Positions 59,438 through 64,000 of a stretch of DNA of 64,000 nucleotides are shown here, piece after piece. Position numbers and translations under genes: made by a program. The first letter of the stretch is position 1; the number at the start of each line of letters is the position of its first letter. The DNA is from Candidatus Lustribacter sp. (GTDB taxonomy: Bacteria; Vulcanimicrobiota; Vulcanimicrobiia; Vulcanimicrobiales; Vulcanimicrobiaceae): positions 4,288,001 through 4,352,000 of the forward strand of contig OZ255842.1 of NCBI GenBank assembly GCA_965277805.1, given 5' to 3'. The notes beneath the pieces are model-generated. The model ran no database searches. It saw nothing but the letters and a program-made list of their open reading frames with translations, and had not been told where the DNA came from.

Positions 59438-60306
59438 GCACGCAAGTATCGGCCGACCGAGAACCAGGACGAGATCAGTCCCACCACGGCGCCGACCAGC
59501 AGCAATTCACCGACGAGCCGGAGCTCGTCGACGTGGAACGGCACGAACTGCAGGGTGGTCGCGATCTTCGGAACGATCTGCATTTGGGCCAGTGCCAGTA
59601 ACGCGATCGCCAGCACGGCGCCGATGACGCCCGCAATGACGCCTTCGGCGATGAACGGCATGCGGATGTACATGTTGGTGGCGCCCACCAACTGCATGAT
59701 GGCGATCTCGCGCCGGCGCGCGAACACGGTGAGGCGAATCGTGTTCGCGATGATGATCGCGCAAGTGAGCACGAGCAGCGCGATCATCGCGAGGCCGATG
59801 CGGCCGATCACGTCGGCGGCCTTGAGGAGTTTCGTCACCGTGTCGGCAGCGTAGTCGACCTTGGCCACGTGCGGCAGCTTCGCGATCATCGCGGCCACCG
59901 CGGGCACGTCGTCGGCGTTGCGCACCGCCACGCGAAACGCGTTCGGCAGCGGGTTCGAGGTGAGGAGCGAGGTATCGAAATCGCGGCCCAGGCGTTCGCG
60001 CATTTCCTTGAGGCCTTGATCGCGCGGAACGTAACGCGCTGAGGAAATACGATCGTCGGCCGCCAGCCGGGTCGCCAGCGCCTTGGATTGCCCGTCGGTC
60101 GCGCTGTCGTCCAGATAGACGGCGATCTCGATTTGTTTGAGGATGCCCTGCCCGAACGTCGCGAGCGTGTCGCGAACGTAGAGGAAGCTGCCGAGCATCA
60201 CGATCGTGACGGCAACGGTGCCGATCGCCGTGAGCTGCATCGCCGCGTTACGGGTGAAGTTGGCGAAAACCTCACCCAGAAAGAACTGGACTCTGCCCCA
60301 ATCCAC
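59434..60306 (-). CDS. ftsX: Cell division permease FtsX
   Basis: NPLP, IANTIRL, RRREIAIMQLVGAT, PFIAEG. Confidence 0.95.
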   Translation of the reverse strand: MDWGRVQFFLGEVFANFTRNAAMQLTAIGTVAVTIVMLGSFLYVRDTLATFGQGILKQIEIAVYLDDSATDGQSKALATRLAADDRISSARYVPRDQGLKEMRERLGRDFDTSLLTSNPLPNAFRVAVRNADDVPAVAAMIAKLPHVAKVDYAADTVTKLLKAADVIGRIGLAMIALLVLTCAIIIANTIRLTVFARRREIAIMQLVGATNMYIRMPFIAEGVIAGVIGAVLAIALLALAQMQIVPKIATTLQFVPFHVDELRLVGELLLVGAVVGLISSWFSVGRYLRA

Positions 60307-60982
60307 GAAAGTAGTAGCCTCGCTCGTCGTCGTGCAGGATGCGCCCGTTTTCGAGCCGGACGACGCGACGCCGCATCCGGTCGACGACCGCTTGATTGTG
60401 GGTCGCGACCAGCACGGTCGTGCCTTTGAGATTGATGCGCTGCAGCAGCTCGATGATCTCGGTCGTGTTGGACGGATCGAGATTGCCGGTCGGTTCGTCG
60501 CAGAGCAAGATCTTGGGGTTGTTCACCAGCGCGCGGGCGATTGCGGCCCGCTGCTGTTCGCCGCCCGAGAGTTCGCTCGGCAACATCCGGCTCTTGTGCG
60601 AGAGGCCGACGAGGTCGAGGACGCGCGGAACTTGCCGCATCACGTCCTTCGATCGGGCACCCGTCACTTGCAGCGCGAAGGCCACATTTTCCCAGACCGT
60701 CTTGTGCGAGAGCAGCTTGAAGTCTTGGAACACGACGCCGATGTTGCGCCGCAGCGCGGCGACTTTGCCGCGGCGCAGTTTGTCGACGCGGATGCCGTCG
60801 ACTATGACCTCGCCCGAATCCGGGATCGCTTCGCGGTACAGTAATTTCAGGAGACTGGATTTACCCGTCCCCGAATGACCGACGAGAAAGACGAAATCCG
60901 CCTTTCCGATCTCCAGATCGATGTCGTCCAGTGCGCGCGTACCGTTCGGATAGGTCAGCGTCACACCGCGAAGTTCGATCAC
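60272..60982 (-). CDS. ftsE: Cell division ATP-binding protein FtsE
   Basis: GHSGTGKS, IGVVFQDFKLL, LSGGEQQR, DEPTGNLDP; GAGGTG upstream. Confidence 0.96.
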   Translation of the reverse strand: MIELRGVTLTYPNGTRALDDIDLEIGKADFVFLVGHSGTGKSSLLKLLYREAIPDSGEVIVDGIRVDKLRRGKVAALRRNIGVVFQDFKLLSHKTVWENVAFALQVTGARSKDVMRQVPRVLDLVGLSHKSRMLPSELSGGEQQRAAIARALVNNPKILLCDEPTGNLDPSNTTEIIELLQRINLKGTTVLVATHNQAVVDRMRRRVVRLENGRILHDDERGYYFRGLGQSPVLSG

Positions 60983-61048
60983 GTGCTATCCACCTCGCAC
61001 CTAAGAAGAGGAGTTTTTCCGAACGCCATTCCTACATACCTGCGAAGA

Positions 61049-62197
61049 ATGAACTTCGACCTGAGCGACGAGCAAAAGGCGATACAAGCGCTGTGCCGTG
61101 ACTTCGCGCGCGAAGTCGTCGCGCCCGCTGCCGAAGAGCACGATCGCGAGGCGCGTTTCCCCTACGAAATCGTCGCCAAGATGGCCGAACTCGGACTGTT
61201 CGGGCTGCCGTTTCCGGAAGAGTACGGCGGGGCGGGCGCGGACACGATCAGCTACGCCTTAGCTGTGATGGAGCTGGCACGCGCCGACGCGTCCGTCGCG
61301 ATCACGCTCGGCGCGCACGTCTCGCTCGGCGCCTCGCCGTTCTATCTCTTCGGGACCGAGGCGCAGAAGCAGCAGTACCTGGTCCCGCTCGCGCGCGGGG
61401 AAAAGCTTTGGGGCTTCGGCCTGACCGAGCCCAACGCGGGTTCCGACGCCGGCGCCACGGAGACGAAGGCCGAACTGCGCGACGGACGCTGGATCATCAA
61501 CGGCACCAAGGCGTTCATCACGAATTCCGGCACCGACATCACCGGCGGCACGACGATCACGGCGGTGACGGGCACCGACGAACGCGGGCGCAGCGAGATC
61601 AGCAACCTGATCGTGCCCCAAGACACACCGGGCTTCACCCGCTCGAAGACGTACCGCAAGATGGGCTGGCGCGCGTCGGATACGCGCGAACTTTCTTTCG
61701 CCGACGCTGCCGTTCCCGAAGAGAACCTGCTCGGAAAACGGGGCGAGGGGCTCAAGCAATTCCTCACGATCCTCGACGGCGGGCGGATCTCGGTTGCCGC
61801 GCTCTCGGTCGGGCTCGCGATGGGCGCATTCGACGAAGCGTTCCGCTACGCGCAGGAGCGCCGGCAGTTCGGTCAGGCGATCGCGAAGTTCCAAGCGATC
61901 CGTTTCAAGCTGGCCGACATGAAGATGGAGATCGAACACGCGCAGCTGATGATTCTCAAGGCGGCGTGGGAGAAAGATCAGGGGCGCGACTTCGCGCTCA
62001 ACGCAAGTTTGGCCAAGCTCTATGCCGGCGAACTCTCCCGCCGGGTCGTGAACGAGGCGGTGCAAATTCACGGCGGCTACGGCTTCATGGATGAGTATCC
62101 GGTGTCGCGGATGTATCGCGATCAGAAGATCAACGAAATCGGCGAGGGAACGAACGAAGTCCAGCGCCTCGTCATCGCGCGCTTGATGGGATTGTGA
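61049..62197 (+). CDS. Acyl-CoA dehydrogenase
   Basis: ATG 61049 (MNFDLSDEQ); LTEPNAGSD, NGTKAFITN, RRQFG, HGGYG, IGEGTNEVQR. Confidence 0.95.
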   Translation: MNFDLSDEQKAIQALCRDFAREVVAPAAEEHDREARFPYEIVAKMAELGLFGLPFPEEYGGAGADTISYALAVMELARADASVAITLGAHVSLGASPFYLFGTEAQKQQYLVPLARGEKLWGFGLTEPNAGSDAGATETKAELRDGRWIINGTKAFITNSGTDITGGTTITAVTGTDERGRSEISNLIVPQDTPGFTRSKTYRKMGWRASDTRELSFADAAVPEENLLGKRGEGLKQFLTILDGGRISVAALSVGLAMGAFDEAFRYAQERRQFGQAIAKFQAIRFKLADMKMEIEHAQLMILKAAWEKDQGRDFALNASLAKLYAGELSRRVVNEAVQIHGGYGFMDEYPVSRMYRDQKINEIGEGTNEVQRLVIARLMGL

Positions 62198-63270
62198 ACA
62201 CCATGCAGGATCGTCGTACGTTTCTGGCCGGCGCCGCCGCTGCGGCTGCGGCGTTCGGCGCGGCACTGCCGGCCGGCGGAGCCGCGAGCGCGCCGCTGCG
62301 CCGCATCGACGTGCACCACCATTTCTTGCCGCCGCAGTACATGCAAGACGAGGCCAAGCGGTTCGGCGAGGAGCACGGCAATTCGGCCGAATCGCAGTGG
62401 TCGCCGCAAGGCGCAATCGACGCCTGCGATCGCGCCGGCGTCGACTTCGCGATCGCGTCGATCAGCACGCCGGGCGTCTGGTACGGCGACGTCGCGCTCG
62501 GCCGCAGACTCGCGCGGCAGTGGAACGAAGCGGCCGCGCAGACCGTGCGGGAGCATCCCACGCGCTTCGGTTTCTTCGCTCCGGTGCCGCTGCCCGATAC
62601 CGACGGCACGCTGGCCGAAATCGAATACGCGTACTCGACGCTGCACGCCGACGGCATCAACCTGCTCTCGAACTTCGGCGGCAAGTGGCTCGGCGATCCG
62701 TCGTTCGCGCCGGTGATGGAAGAGCTCAACCGCCGCAAGGCGCTCGTCTACGTGCACCCGACGTTCGCGCCGTGCTGCACGGCCAACATGGTGCCGGGCT
62801 TGATCGCGCCGACGTTGGAGTTTCCGTTCGACACCGCGCGGACGATCATCAGCTTGATCACCAGCGGCACGACGACGCGCTTTCCCGACATTCGCTTCAT
62901 CTTCTCGCACGGCGGCGGCGCGCTGTTCGGCGTGTATTCGCGCGTGATCGAACTCGGCAACACGCCGGCCTTCCGCGGCAAAGTTCCGGCCGGCGTCGCG
63001 GCCGAACTACGCAAACTCTATTACGACACGGCCGGTACCAGCGCGAAGACGACGATCCCGGCGCTGCTGAACGTCGTACCGCCATCGCAGCTGCTGCTCG
63101 GCAGCGACTATCCGCTCGCGGGTCCGCCGCCGACCAACGTGATGATCGAGCACGCCGTCGAAGACTTCGAAGCCTTGCATCCTTCGCCGGCGCTGAAGGC
63201 GCAGGTCGAACACGACAACGCCGTGGCCCTCGTGCCGCGGCTCGCGCAAATCCGGCGAGCATCGGCATGA
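62194..63270 (+). CDS. Amidohydrolase_2 (ACMSD/decarboxylase-like) protein with twin-arginine signal
   Basis: DRRTFL + hydrophobic stretch; IDVHHH, YVHP, SHGGG, GSDYP. Confidence 0.9.
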   Translation: MNTMQDRRTFLAGAAAAAAAFGAALPAGGAASAPLRRIDVHHHFLPPQYMQDEAKRFGEEHGNSAESQWSPQGAIDACDRAGVDFAIASISTPGVWYGDVALGRRLARQWNEAAAQTVREHPTRFGFFAPVPLPDTDGTLAEIEYAYSTLHADGINLLSNFGGKWLGDPSFAPVMEELNRRKALVYVHPTFAPCCTANMVPGLIAPTLEFPFDTARTIISLITSGTTTRFPDIRFIFSHGGGALFGVYSRVIELGNTPAFRGKVPAGVAAELRKLYYDTAGTSAKTTIPALLNVVPPSQLLLGSDYPLAGPPPTNVMIEHAVEDFEALHPSPALKAQVEHDNAVALVPRLAQIRRASA

Positions 63271-63794
63271 AACCGTTTTTGGTTGCGATCCTGATGGCGC
63301 TCGGCATCGTCAGCGCGGCTCCGGCTCTCGCGCAGCTTCCGGTCGCCCGCACCGCGCCGGACTTCAGCGCGCAGGTCGCGCAAGGCGGCACGGTCTCAAC
63401 GTTTGCGCTGAAGGCGGCGCTCGCGCGCGGTCCGGTCGTGCTGTACTTCTTCCCCAAATCGTTCACCAGCGGCTGCACGGCCGAAGCGCACGACTTTGCC
63501 GATCACATCAACGACTACAAGAAGCTGGGCGCGACGGTGGTGGGCGTGTCGGGCGACTCGGTCGCAACGCAGGAGAAGTTTTCGACGCAGGAGTGCCGCT
63601 CGAAGTTTCTCGTGGCGGCCGATCCGGGGCTGAAGATCGCATCGTCGTACGATGCGAAAGTGCTCGGGCTCTTCGCCAACCGCACCTCATACGTCATCGC
63701 GCGCGACGGCAAGATCGCGTACGCCTACACGAGCCTCGACCCCGACAAGCACGTCGCGAACACGTTGGCCGCGCTGCGCGGACTCAGGCCGTAA
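63267..63794 (+). CDS. Exported BCP/PrxQ-type peroxiredoxin
   Basis: ATG overlaps previous stop; signal peptide ending ALA; FPKSFTSGCTAE; second Cys in ECRSKF. Confidence 0.9.
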   Translation: MKPFLVAILMALGIVSAAPALAQLPVARTAPDFSAQVAQGGTVSTFALKAALARGPVVLYFFPKSFTSGCTAEAHDFADHINDYKKLGATVVGVSGDSVATQEKFSTQECRSKFLVAADPGLKIASSYDAKVLGLFANRTSYVIARDGKIAYAYTSLDPDKHVANTLAALRGLRP

Positions 63795-64000
63795 CGAGGT
63801 CGATGCGCGTCGCGCCGATGCGTTCGGCGACCGCGGCGAGTTCGGGGCTCGCGGTGAAGAGAATCGTCTGCGCGTCGAACGCGTTGTACGCGATGATCGG
63901 GATGCAGCGCTCGATGCGCGTATCGTCCCAATAAGCGAACGGATCGTCGAGCAAGAGCGGCGGCAGCTCGAGGCCTTCAGCGAACATGCGCGCCATCGCG
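63784..64000 (-). CDS. C-terminal fragment of an SMC/SbcC/YhaN-like ATPase (runs off the window)
   Basis: Walker B/D-loop PLLLDDPFAYWD and QTILFT; frame open to window edge. Confidence 0.7.
   Translation of the reverse strand, partial: AMARMFAEGLELPPLLLDDPFAYWDDTRIERCIPIIAYNAFDAQTILFTASPELAAVAERIGATRIDLVTA

Overview
High-GC bacterial chromosomal window of core genes, probably near oriC. By gene content it is a diderm member of the Terrabacteria, most like Ca. Eremiobacterota/Vulcanimicrobiota (my inference, not searched). It opens with recF-dciA-gyrB (no gyrA follows), then a ~26 kb co-oriented, mostly translationally coupled outer-membrane biogenesis cluster: tamB, bamA, three Skp/OmpH-like genes, lpxD-lpxC-fabZ-lpxA-lpxB, a metallophosphoesterase, an LpxB-like glycosyltransferase, O-antigen ligase, lptC-lptB-lptF/G, DUF3084-like, YqgF-like, SLH-porin, TPR protein, GT4. 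Next come a secreted protein and recQ (minus), dnaX-ybaB-recR, a seven-gene MoxR/DUF58/SpoIIM/RDD module, minC-minD-minD-minE-rodA, a GGDEF-EAL protein, RNase E/G, a HAD phosphatase, ftsE-ftsX-(REC-GGDEF)-M23 peptidase-ctp-ctp (minus), acyl-CoA dehydrogenase-amidohydrolase-peroxiredoxin, and a truncated ATPase. I found no rRNA, tRNA, CRISPR, transposase or prophage. Strongest leads: (1) a 5'-nucleotidase-fold phosphoesterase with an LpxH-like GNR motif right after lpxB, a candidate alternative UDP-diacylglucosamine hydrolase; (2) a response-regulator diguanylate cyclase coupled inside the ftsEX-hydrolase operon; (3) two intact MinD paralogues behind a phased repeat array; (4) three differently built Skp proteins; (5) a shared GGGAAC-N18-GTT ECF-type promoter motif before bamA and the ctp pair; (6) an lpxC lacking a canonical in-frame start; (7) an in-frame duplicated gene tail behind an amber stop. 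All family calls come from motif recognition by eye; no database searches were run.
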